DNA from: a virus
Virus record (IMG/VR): IMGVR_UViG_3300028584_000286
Coordinates: 5,320-69,319 of that record
Reading direction: 5' to 3' (one strand)
DNA length: 64,000 nt
The translations under genes were made by a program, and so were the position numbers. Positions within the stretch are counted from its first letter, which is position 1; each line of letters begins with the position of its first letter. Shown one piece after another: positions 45,784 through 54,506 of the stretch. The notes beneath the pieces were generated by a model. It was given only the letters and a program-made list of their open reading frames with translations, was not told the DNA's origin and made no database searches.

Positions 45784-46284
45784 ATGGAAATAGCACCAGT
45801 TGAGTTAGTTATTGATGGATATAAGCCACATAATTGCAGTTGTAGTAAGTGTAAGTCTATGTGTTTAGCCTCTCCCTGTTTCCCTACACCAGAGGAAGTT
45901 GTCCGTTTGCAGAAAATGGGTTTTGGGAGCGATTTGATGTTTACAATGTTTGTGAACCAAAATACACTCGAAATTTACTCATTAGTTGCCCCAAAAAGTA
46001 CTGATGATGTTTTATTTGATAGATGCACATTCCACAATAGTAAGGGTTTGTGTGAATTGCACGAACTTGGGTTGAAGCCTACGGAGGGAAGATTGGCAAA
46101 TCACGACCAACCACACTCGGCTACTGTTACTCTCCGAAATGCAGTTTGTGAAACTTGGAAATCTGAACTTGGTATAAATCTACTGAAGGAGTATGGTGGG
46201 GAAAATTATCAGAGTGAAATTAGTAAGATGCAAAACAAATTTAAAGAAATAGTATCAGCAGAAAAATATGCCATTGAGAAGTAA
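45784..46284 (+). CDS. YkgJ-like Cys-rich (Zn/Fe-S) protein
   Basis: CSCSKCKSMC...PC, CTFH..GLCELH...KP.EGR. Confidence 0.7.
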   Translation: MEIAPVELVIDGYKPHNCSCSKCKSMCLASPCFPTPEEVVRLQKMGFGSDLMFTMFVNQNTLEIYSLVAPKSTDDVLFDRCTFHNSKGLCELHELGLKPTEGRLANHDQPHSATVTLRNAVCETWKSELGINLLKEYGGENYQSEISKMQNKFKEIVSAEKYAIEK

Positions 46285-46861
46285 AGATTGGGTTGGGAAT
46301 AAGAATAGTGTTTATAAAACGCTTGGAGCATCTAGCCATACGGAAGAGGTTAGAGAGGCAAATGATTATTATGCAACCGACCCAAAGGCAGGACATAGTT
46401 TGATGCTTATAGAGAAGTTCCACGAAAATATATGGGAGTGTGCTTGTGGAGAGGGGCATTTAAGCAAAGTATTTGAGGTGTATGGACACAATGTATTCAG
46501 TTCAGATTTAATTTACAGAGGCTATGGTGATGGGGTTATAGATTTTTTGAAAGAAAATAATACTTTTGATGGTGATATAATTACGAACCCACCATATAAA
46601 TTTGCATTAGAATTTATTTTGAAATCTTTGCAGACAATTTCAACAGGCAGAAAGGTTGCAATGTTTTTGAAGTTACAATTTTTGGAGGGGAAAGCAAGGA
46701 AAGAGTTTTTCACGAAAAATCCTCCTAAAGTAGTTCACATCTCATCTGGTAGGATAGAATGTGCTATGAATGGAAAGTTCAAGGGAGAGAGTGCAGTTTC
46801 TTATGCTTGGTTCATTTGGGAGAAAGGTTATACAGGACAAACAATTATAAAATGGTTTTAG
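46268..46861 (+). CDS. N6-adenine DNA methyltransferase (MPxR start)
   Basis: DYYATDP, IWECACGEG, SSDL, IITNPPY, YAWFIWEKG. Confidence 0.88.
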   Translation: MPLRSKDWVGNKNSVYKTLGASSHTEEVREANDYYATDPKAGHSLMLIEKFHENIWECACGEGHLSKVFEVYGHNVFSSDLIYRGYGDGVIDFLKENNTFDGDIITNPPYKFALEFILKSLQTISTGRKVAMFLKLQFLEGKARKEFFTKNPPKVVHISSGRIECAMNGKFKGESAVSYAWFIWEKGYTGQTIIKWF

Positions 46862-46863
46862 AT

Positions 46864-47172
46864 ATGGAAATACAGTTAGAGTTATTTGAGAAATCAAAAT
46901 TTTACAGTACCGATTTTGAAGAAGATGCTGTACATTTTAAGAACACAACTGGTGTTAAGTTATTTGTCGATGGGTTAATGACAGCTTGTACTGGTAGAAC
47001 CCAAATTGACATACTGAAAATTGATAAAGAGATGTATCGTGAATTTCCAGAGTATGCGACAGGCACTTGCCAAAAATGCAGTTTGATTGGATTTTTAGGT
47101 AAGAAATTTGGCGAAGATATTCAATTCATAGTTCACAAATGGACACTAATACCAGATACAAAGGATGAGTAA
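46864..47172 (+). CDS. hypothetical protein
   Basis: Start moved to ATG 46864. Confidence 0.6.
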   Translation: MEIQLELFEKSKFYSTDFEEDAVHFKNTTGVKLFVDGLMTACTGRTQIDILKIDKEMYREFPEYATGTCQKCSLIGFLGKKFGEDIQFIVHKWTLIPDTKDE

Positions 47173-47404
47173 ATCTATGTTCAAGAGAAACCCAAAAACT
47201 TTTCATCTAAATTCACACGCTATCTTTAGTAAAAAATATCCAAAGAAACGAGTTGATGAAATTTTTAAAGTAGATCCCGATTATTTGTTGTACTGCTATG
47301 AGGAAATAAAAGTGTTATTTGCGGAGGAAGTTGTAACAATGCTGACTACCTATAAAACACAAAAAGAAAAACGGAATATTAAACGAGTTACTTGTTTCAA
47401 ATGA
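47165..47404 (+). CDS. hypothetical protein (ExoX C-terminal-like)
   Basis: F.KKY....DEI...DPDYL. Confidence 0.55.
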   Translation: MSKSMFKRNPKTFHLNSHAIFSKKYPKKRVDEIFKVDPDYLLYCYEEIKVLFAEEVVTMLTTYKTQKEKRNIKRVTCFK

Positions 47405-47904
47405 AGATACATAAATATCCAATATCAACACTATTGGTGGTTACTCCACAAAAAGGAATTTTCCACCCACACCCAGAAATTTGCATAGTTTCTGATTATG
47501 ACAAACCCGACAAGGATTTTATGCTAAATGGGGGCGGTTGGGTAAAGGAATGGCTTGGACTATATCCATATAATCGAGATGCGTTTAAAGATAGATGTTT
47601 GTCCACAATAGGAACTTCACCCGAAGCATCAAAATATTATGTGGCTATTGAGGATGGTGCGAATAAATTTGTACAACCTTACCTATACCAATTTAAAGAG
47701 CCTTTAGTTTATAAATCGACAGGAAGTATTTGGGAGATTGATCGTATTGATTTTGAAAGTAAATTTGGTAGAATAGGGCGTACATCAAAATTTCAAATAA
47801 GCAACCCAAAAGGATTTTTATTCTATATGGTGCCACAGGACAAGTTGATGAATGCACATTGGATTACTAGAGGAGAGTTAGAAAAGAATTATACACTAAT
47901 ATAA
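47401..47904 (+). CDS. hypothetical protein, possible distant PxWxQxGD member
   Basis: VQPYLYQFKEPL at the equivalent position. Confidence 0.65.
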   Translation: MKIHKYPISTLLVVTPQKGIFHPHPEICIVSDYDKPDKDFMLNGGGWVKEWLGLYPYNRDAFKDRCLSTIGTSPEASKYYVAIEDGANKFVQPYLYQFKEPLVYKSTGSIWEIDRIDFESKFGRIGRTSKFQISNPKGFLFYMVPQDKLMNAHWITRGELEKNYTLI

Positions 47905-47910
47905 AAATTT

Positions 47911-48318
47911 ATGAAAATTTCAGCAGGAGAGTTCGTGTTTTACAAGTCATTAAATGGGGATTTAAGTATCTACAAAGTTCAAGGAGTTGAGTATAAAGTT
48001 CAAGGAAATGGAGATGCAGAATACAAGTTGGTACAGGTAAACTCTGATGGTAACATTAGCAAAAATTCAAAAAGGTTTGACACAACTTTGAGAAATAAAC
48101 AAGGTAGTATTAGATTATTTAGAATTTGGTTACAACCAGGTGATAAGGTAAAAATGAATAATGTACTCTCTGGAAATATTCAAGGTGTTGTAGAAAAATT
48201 TATGGTAGAGCAAAGATCCAATAAAGAATATGTAAATCTTATTGAGGTTATCTCCAATGACAATAAACAGCACCTATATACTTTCGACCAAGCAGAGAAG
48301 CAGTTAGAAATTTTATAA
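47911..48318 (+). CDS. PxWxQxGD family paralog 7
   Basis: FRIWLQPGDKV. Confidence 0.75.
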   Translation: MKISAGEFVFYKSLNGDLSIYKVQGVEYKVQGNGDAEYKLVQVNSDGNISKNSKRFDTTLRNKQGSIRLFRIWLQPGDKVKMNNVLSGNIQGVVEKFMVEQRSNKEYVNLIEVISNDNKQHLYTFDQAEKQLEIL

Positions 48319-48372
48319 TTTATTTTTATATGATATAAAAAATTAAGTACATTTGTCAAAAAGTATTGGTAA

Positions 48373-49098
48373 ATGAAACTTAACTCTCTCTATACTACAT
48401 TTCAAGGTGAGGCTAATCCTTTAGGCATCGGGCATCCTGCAATCTTTTTAAGATTACAAGGGTGCCATTTGCGTTGTTATAAAAAAACAATGGGAATACT
48501 TTGTGATACTCCAGAGGGTTTAGAGAAACCCAATGAGGAGGATGAAGTTATGGAAATAGTGAATAAGACAGTTACACTATCTAAAAAAACCGGTGTAAAA
48601 TTAGTTACACTAACTGGTGGCGACCCACTTTGGAATTATGATAGTGATGTTTGGGTTTTACTATATGAACTTTCTTTGACAGGACTAACTATTTGTGTGG
48701 AAACAAGCGGAACAATTAGTTGGTTGCCATACAACAATATTAGTGATAAAATTCATTGGATACTTGACTACAAACTTATATCGGCAGGTATTAAAAATGC
48801 GGATAAATTATTTTTAGATATAGAACATTTAAACAGCTTATGTTCAAAAGATTATATTAAATTTGTTGTAGCGGATGAGGTTGATATGAATGAGTGTATT
48901 GAGGCAATTAAAAATCTAGCGGATAAAACACTTGCTACTATTTGTGTTGGTAGTTTCTGGGGTGGAAAATTAACTACATTCGATATTTTTGAAAGGTTGA
49001 AAAAAGAAAATTTGTTGGCGAGAACAACAATAAATGCACAGTTACATAAACTTGTAATATCCCCAAACACTAATATTGAAATTCCAAAAGATATATAA
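48373..49098 (+). CDS. queE: 7-carboxy-7-deazaguanine synthase (radical SAM)
   Basis: FQGE...G.PAIFLRLQGC.LRC....CDT, LTGGDP, VETSG, IKFVV, QLHK. Confidence 0.9.
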   Translation: MKLNSLYTTFQGEANPLGIGHPAIFLRLQGCHLRCYKKTMGILCDTPEGLEKPNEEDEVMEIVNKTVTLSKKTGVKLVTLTGGDPLWNYDSDVWVLLYELSLTGLTICVETSGTISWLPYNNISDKIHWILDYKLISAGIKNADKLFLDIEHLNSLCSKDYIKFVVADEVDMNECIEAIKNLADKTLATICVGSFWGGKLTTFDIFERLKKENLLARTTINAQLHKLVISPNTNIEIPKDI

Positions 49099-49146
49099 GA
49101 AGAGTTTATATAGTAGTTTTATCTAAATCAAAAATTTTTATTTAAT

Positions 49147-50313
49147 ATGCCAAATTATAACAACATAGCCAGTTCTAACATAGTTTATCTATTTGGTGGC
49201 TCAACTTCAAATGAGGAGTGTACTTGTTCTCCTGTTGGTGTAGTTTCGACACAGGCTGATTTAGCACTTATTAGTAATCCACAAGAGTTAGAGGTTGTTT
49301 TTGTTGAGAATGGTTATGGTGGAGGTGTAGATATTGCAATATTTTCCAATGGTCAATGGGTTGTAAAACCTTTAAAAGGGGTTAAAGGAGAAAAAGGTGA
49401 GGTTGGAGAAAAAGGTGAGGTTGGAGAAAAAGGAGCAACAGGTACTAATGGTCTTAATGGAACAAATGGTTCAACAGGATTAGCCCCAGAGCATAGGTGG
49501 TCTGGAACTAAACTTCAATTTAAGTTACCTAATGGTTCTTGGGGTACTCTTATAGATTTGGTAGGTCAAAATGGTCAAAATGGTACTAATGGATTAAATG
49601 GTGTTAAAGGAGATGTTGGGGAAAAGGGAGATGTTGGGGAAAAGGGAGATATTCCTAATCACGAGTGGGATTACACTAAACTTCGGTTTCAAAATCCAAA
49701 TGGTTCTTGGGGTGTTTTTTCAGAATTAAAAGGAGAAAAGGGTAATGTTCCTAGCCACCAAATAGATGATATAAATTCAAGAATACAGTTTGAGTTGCCA
49801 AATGGTTCTTTCGGGGCTTGGGTTGAGTGTAGAGGAGAGAAAGGAGATACTGGAGCAAAGGGTGATAAAGGAGATACTGGGGATGCAGGTATTGATGGTA
49901 TTGATGGGGTAGATGGTAGAGTTATGTCTGTTAATGGATATGAGGGAGAGGTAGAATTAACTACTGATGAAGTTCCAGAGGGTACTGAAAATTTTTACTA
50001 CACCAAAGAAAGGGCTAGGGGAGATGTGATAACGGAAAGTATTACAGAGGGCTATAAAGAGAAATCTCCAAGTAGCGATACTATATTTAAAGCCCTAGCT
50101 AAAAAAGTAGATGTAAGTAATAGACATCCACATACCACATTCAGGTTCATTCAAAAGGGGTTTGGAAATACAAATCTTTTAGAAGATGAAATAGGTGACA
50201 TTTTTTGTGGTTGGTCAAATGATGGGCTATTTAGATACACAGAGGCGAAATGGTTGGGTGGTAATTTGACAAATTCAGACAACTTTACTCCTTTGGTTCA
50301 AACAGAAATGTAA
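49147..50313 (+). CDS. collagen-like repeat virion protein (fibre/decoration)
   Basis: G-X-Y tracts alternating with three P.H.W...L.F..PNGSWG modules. Confidence 0.8.
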   Translation: MPNYNNIASSNIVYLFGGSTSNEECTCSPVGVVSTQADLALISNPQELEVVFVENGYGGGVDIAIFSNGQWVVKPLKGVKGEKGEVGEKGEVGEKGATGTNGLNGTNGSTGLAPEHRWSGTKLQFKLPNGSWGTLIDLVGQNGQNGTNGLNGVKGDVGEKGDVGEKGDIPNHEWDYTKLRFQNPNGSWGVFSELKGEKGNVPSHQIDDINSRIQFELPNGSFGAWVECRGEKGDTGAKGDKGDTGDAGIDGIDGVDGRVMSVNGYEGEVELTTDEVPEGTENFYYTKERARGDVITESITEGYKEKSPSSDTIFKALAKKVDVSNRHPHTTFRFIQKGFGNTNLLEDEIGDIFCGWSNDGLFRYTEAKWLGGNLTNSDNFTPLVQTEM

Positions 50314-50338
50314 TATTAACCTAAATTAAATAAAAAAA

Positions 50339-50530
50339 ATGGAGCAAACAATTTTCAGAAATGAACAGCAAGATGGTAGTTTTATCGTCCAGAGAATTAA
50401 AGATGGTGAGGTTCAAATCCTTAAAGAAGTAACATCAGATACAGGAGAAGTTGTGCAAACCACAAATTCTATGATGACAATCCAAACTATTACAATAATC
50501 CGTCATATTGGCGAAAAAACCACATTTTAA
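50339..50530 (+). CDS. small hypothetical protein
   Basis: 63 aa. Confidence 0.55.
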   Translation: MEQTIFRNEQQDGSFIVQRIKDGEVQILKEVTSDTGEVVQTTNSMMTIQTITIIRHIGEKTTF

Positions 50531-50531
50531 A

Positions 50532-52637
50532 ATGAAAAAAATACTATTATTACTCGTATTGATTTTAACATCAATAAATTTTCAAGCACAGACGACAGTT
50601 GCTAACAAATTAAAAATAAATAGCAACACAAAACAGAACACAGCTACTAGAGTTCTAGTCCAAGACAGTATTACAAAAGAAGTGAATTGGGTTTTGAAAT
50701 CTAGTTTAACTCCAACTACTCCTACTTTACAGCAAGTAGCAACGTCTGGAAGTACAGTTACTAATAAACCTATTTTATTAACTAATAGTTTAGAAAATAA
50801 AACTGTGTTAGATGTTGGAAATCATGGCAATGGAGGTACAGGAATAAGCGTTGTTGGTAATACAGGTATTGATGTAAATAGTGAAACCACAGGAATTTCT
50901 ATAAGTTCACAGCAAACAGGTTTATATATCACATCTACTGGTAAATCTGCTATATTGAATATTGAATCACCATCTACTCAAAATATAATAGACTTCTCAA
51001 AGAACTCTACTAATCAAGCCTCAATATCTCATGATGGTAAAGTTACAGCTAATAGTTTTGTAAAATCTGGAGGAACTTCAACTCAATTCTTAAAAGCTGA
51101 TGGCAGTGTTGACAGTAATGTTTACTCAACTAATTCAGGCACAGTCACAAGTGTTGGGTTATCTATTGGAACTACTGGTACAGATGTAAGTGTAAGTGGT
51201 TCTCCAGTAACTAGTACAGGTAATATTACACTGAATATACCGTCATCATCTGCTGGTAGTAGAGGTCTATTGACAGCATCAAATTGGTCATATTTTAACA
51301 ATAAGCAAAATGTTATAGCTAATAATGTAATAAGTTCAGGTACAACAACTTTTAATAGACTTACTAAATTTGTAAACTCTGGTATGGTTGGAGATACTAA
51401 CTGGAGTGAGTCAGGAAATGGTGGAAGATTATTTACAACAAATACAACAGATAACGGCGTTGATAAACTACAAGTTACTGGAAGTGCCAAGATAGATGGC
51501 ACTGCATCACAATTTGGATTGACAGTATTAGGCGGTCAAGACGGTGTTGTTGCTACTGGGTCAAGATATGGTATTTCAGGAACAGGTAATACATCAGGCA
51601 TTTACGGTTACTCTGCAACAGCAATTGGTGGAACTTTTGAAATAGGAAGTGGTAGTACTAATCCTATTGCAATATTTAAGAAAAATGGTGCAACCAATGC
51701 TTACATTACTCACGATGGATATTATCAGGGGGTTGGGTTTAGAAAGCCAGGAGGTTTAGCATCAGAATATTTAATGGCTAATGGGGAAGTTAGTTTGGCT
51801 TACATTAGCAAGACCTATTCAGAATTAGTGGCGTTGATAGCTTCAAATGGATTAATTGTAGGTAGAACCTATTTGCTTACTGATTATATGACAACTTACA
51901 CCCAGCCAGTTACTTTAGCAGCCAAATCTAGTGGAGTTGTCGAGCCTTTATTCTTGACAGCACTTGAAACTAATAAATTTAACAATATTGCATCTTCTAA
52001 ATTATATCCGCAAGACACAGTTTACTATGAGATAACCGGCGATACTGGAAATGGGGCTGGAACAGAGGGATTTACTAAAGGTAAGATTTATAGGAGGATT
52101 GACAATTTAAGACATAATGATATAGGAACTGACTGGAGGCACGTGAAGTATGACAGAGGTGGAGTTGACAAATTATTAATTGAAGATTATACTTACGCTG
52201 CATATAATGTAATTGATGGAGATTTCCTGTATAATAGTGTTTTTAATGGAGAATCAACCATTGATAACATAATTTTAGGAGAATTTTATAATAACACTGT
52301 TAACGGTTCTTTTGTTGCAAATAGAATCAATTTAAACTTTGCACATAATATAATTAACGATAGTTTTATTAGTAATATATTGGAAAGTTTTTCAGGAAAC
52401 ACTGTTAATGAGAACTTTGAAAATAACAAACTTATAGAATCAATCAGTAACCAAACTTTCAACATAGAAATACGTAATAATAAATTTACAGTAGCAACTT
52501 TACCTTCATCTGCTCCTACAAGTCTAAATTTATATGTAACAGATGCACTTGCACCAACCTATTTGGGAGCATTGACTGGCGGAGGCACTGTAACTTGTGC
52601 AGTACTTTATAACGGAACAAATTGGGTTTCACATTAA
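50532..52637 (+). CDS. fibre-like beta-rich protein with signal peptide
   Basis: MKKILLLLVLILTSINFQA signal; S/T/G/N-rich repeats, YSEL..LI....L..G..YL.TDY module, Asn-ladder C-terminus. Confidence 0.7.
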   Translation: MKKILLLLVLILTSINFQAQTTVANKLKINSNTKQNTATRVLVQDSITKEVNWVLKSSLTPTTPTLQQVATSGSTVTNKPILLTNSLENKTVLDVGNHGNGGTGISVVGNTGIDVNSETTGISISSQQTGLYITSTGKSAILNIESPSTQNIIDFSKNSTNQASISHDGKVTANSFVKSGGTSTQFLKADGSVDSNVYSTNSGTVTSVGLSIGTTGTDVSVSGSPVTSTGNITLNIPSSSAGSRGLLTASNWSYFNNKQNVIANNVISSGTTTFNRLTKFVNSGMVGDTNWSESGNGGRLFTTNTTDNGVDKLQVTGSAKIDGTASQFGLTVLGGQDGVVATGSRYGISGTGNTSGIYGYSATAIGGTFEIGSGSTNPIAIFKKNGATNAYITHDGYYQGVGFRKPGGLASEYLMANGEVSLAYISKTYSELVALIASNGLIVGRTYLLTDYMTTYTQPVTLAAKSSGVVEPLFLTALETNKFNNIASSKLYPQDTVYYEITGDTGNGAGTEGFTKGKIYRRIDNLRHNDIGTDWRHVKYDRGGVDKLLIEDYTYAAYNVIDGDFLYNSVFNGESTIDNIILGEFYNNTVNGSFVANRINLNFAHNIINDSFISNILESFSGNTVNENFENNKLIESISNQTFNIEIRNNKFTVATLPSSAPTSLNLYVTDALAPTYLGALTGGGTVTCAVLYNGTNWVSH

Positions 52638-52652
52638 TAAATTTTTAACACT

Positions 52653-52892
52653 ATGACACTACCGCAACTACAACAAGACAAAGCAAACCATTTTATTTAT
52701 GGTTTTGCACTGTTTATACTAGCAAATTTATTCTTTAACGACTACAGTGCTTTAGCAATAGTCTTTCTAATAGGATTGGCAAAAGAATTATATGATGAAT
52801 ATAGTTATGGCGGTTTTAGTATTTCAGATTTAATTTATACTTTAGTACCTTCAATAATATTAATTTTAAAATCAATTTTAATCAAAAACTAA
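52653..52892 (+). CDS. small membrane protein
   Basis: DKANHF, LAKELYD, DL.YTL. Confidence 0.7.
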   Translation: MTLPQLQQDKANHFIYGFALFILANLFFNDYSALAIVFLIGLAKELYDEYSYGGFSISDLIYTLVPSIILILKSILIKN

Positions 52893-52899
52893 AAAAATT

Positions 52900-53163
52900 A
52901 TGAAAACAAAAGACATCACAGTTAAAACAATACTCGCAATTTTTGTAGTAGTATTTGGAATTAATGCAATGGTATTCGTACCACTACCCGATATGGTATT
53001 AGGGGCATTGATTGGTTTTGTATCAAGCGTTATTATGTTTTTCTTTGGATCATCCTCTGGAAGTGCAAACAAAGACAAGATGATACAAGATGCACAAGCA
53101 ATCGCAAATGAACAGGCAAGAGCAGATATAGGTGGTGGTAATACAGGAACTATCAAGCACTAA
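52900..53163 (+). CDS. holin-like protein
   Basis: Two TM helices plus FFFGSSSGS..KD. Confidence 0.7.
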   Translation: MKTKDITVKTILAIFVVVFGINAMVFVPLPDMVLGALIGFVSSVIMFFFGSSSGSANKDKMIQDAQAIANEQARADIGGGNTGTIKH

Positions 53164-53167
53164 AAAA

Positions 53168-53704
53168 ATGAGGTTTATAGATAAAAGAAAATTAACTAGG
53201 AGAATGGGTCTATTAGCAAAACTACTAATGGCTTATTTTCCTATTATAATAACATTAGTACAGCTTATTATAAACACCCTATATTTTGTCAATAAACCGT
53301 TCTACATTAGGAATGGGTTTGAGATTGACAATTCAATAGGAACTAGCTTAATTTATTCGGTTTTCTTTGTTGTATATACATTTTATTATAGATTTTGTTC
53401 TGTGTCAAGAATTACTGCTTGTGTTCAGTTTATATTTGCTTTGGTTTACTTTTTTTATAAAAAAGATGATGTTTACAACATATCGTTTCAATGGGGGTTT
53501 GGTTTTCTAGCCTTACTATTTACCTCATTTTTCTATGTAAAAAAATATCCCAACTGCAAATTTTCTCTTTACATAAAAGCAAAAATTTACACTATAAAAC
53601 TTTGGGAACAGTTCTTAAATTCCCTATCAAAACATAATTTTAACTGTGAAAAGGCTTTAACCGATTATCAACATAAGCGAAAAACACATTACGAAAATGG
53701 ATAA
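53168..53704 (+). CDS. multi-pass membrane protein
   Basis: About four hydrophobic helices, in the lysis cluster. Confidence 0.65.
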   Translation: MRFIDKRKLTRRMGLLAKLLMAYFPIIITLVQLIINTLYFVNKPFYIRNGFEIDNSIGTSLIYSVFFVVYTFYYRFCSVSRITACVQFIFALVYFFYKKDDVYNISFQWGFGFLALLFTSFFYVKKYPNCKFSLYIKAKIYTIKLWEQFLNSLSKHNFNCEKALTDYQHKRKTHYENG

Positions 53705-53954
53705 AATATTAGAGATAAAGACTGTTGTAACTACTTTATTCATTTCTGCGGTAATATGGCTTTTTAGTTTTACAAATAGAACTCTTAAAAAAGTTGATGG
53801 TATTGAGGAATTAAAGAGGGATGTAAAAGACAGTAAGAAGGATTTTAATGAGTATAAAGAACAGCAAAAGGAAGTACACGCTGAAATTAAAGAAGTACAC
53901 AATGAAATAAAAAACAAGTTGGATGACATACACAAAAAAGTGTATAATTCGTAG
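53697..53954 (+). CDS. holin/hemolysin-like membrane-anchored coiled coil
   Basis: N-terminal TM plus heptad repeats. Confidence 0.6.
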   Translation: MDKILEIKTVVTTLFISAVIWLFSFTNRTLKKVDGIEELKRDVKDSKKDFNEYKEQQKEVHAEIKEVHNEIKNKLDDIHKKVYNS

Positions 53955-53972
53955 ATAAAAATATTTATAGTA

Positions 53973-54500
53973 ATGGAAACAAGGTACTCATATTTAGATG
54001 AAATAAAGAACCCTAAAATTATATCTGAAGGGTGGAAACTTAATGGTGTTAAAGAGATAGTAGGTAAAAATCATAATCCAGTTATTCTTGGGTGGGCTGA
54101 AAAAATTGGTCTTGGGAGGGTATATACTTCCGATGAAATTGCTTGGTGTGGTTTATTTGTGGCTTATGTTGTTTATAAAGCAGGGTATAGTTCTGTTATA
54201 AATCCTTTATGGGCAAAAAACTGGCTAAATTTTGGCATTAAACAAGTGGATGCAATGCTTGGAGATATTTTAATTTTTACAAGACCTGGTGGAGGTGGAC
54301 ACGTTGGTTTCTATGTTGGGGAGGATGCTACATCCTATCACGTTTTAGGAGGAAACCAAAATAACTCCGTTAGCGTAGCAAGAATATTGAAATCTCGTTG
54401 TATAGGTATAAGAAGGTGCGATTGGAAATTAGCACAGCCAGAAACCGTTAAGAAGTATTTTTTAAATTCCTCTGGGAATGTATCAACAAATGAAGCCTAA
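53973..54500 (+). CDS. endolysin, TIGR02594 family (NlpC/P60-CHAP)
   Basis: EIAWCGLFV, AKNWL, GGGHVGF, VLGGNQ. Confidence 0.9.
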   Translation: METRYSYLDEIKNPKIISEGWKLNGVKEIVGKNHNPVILGWAEKIGLGRVYTSDEIAWCGLFVAYVVYKAGYSSVINPLWAKNWLNFGIKQVDAMLGDILIFTRPGGGGHVGFYVGEDATSYHVLGGNQNNSVSVARILKSRCIGIRRCDWKLAQPETVKKYFLNSSGNVSTNEA

Positions 54501-54506
54501 AAAATT

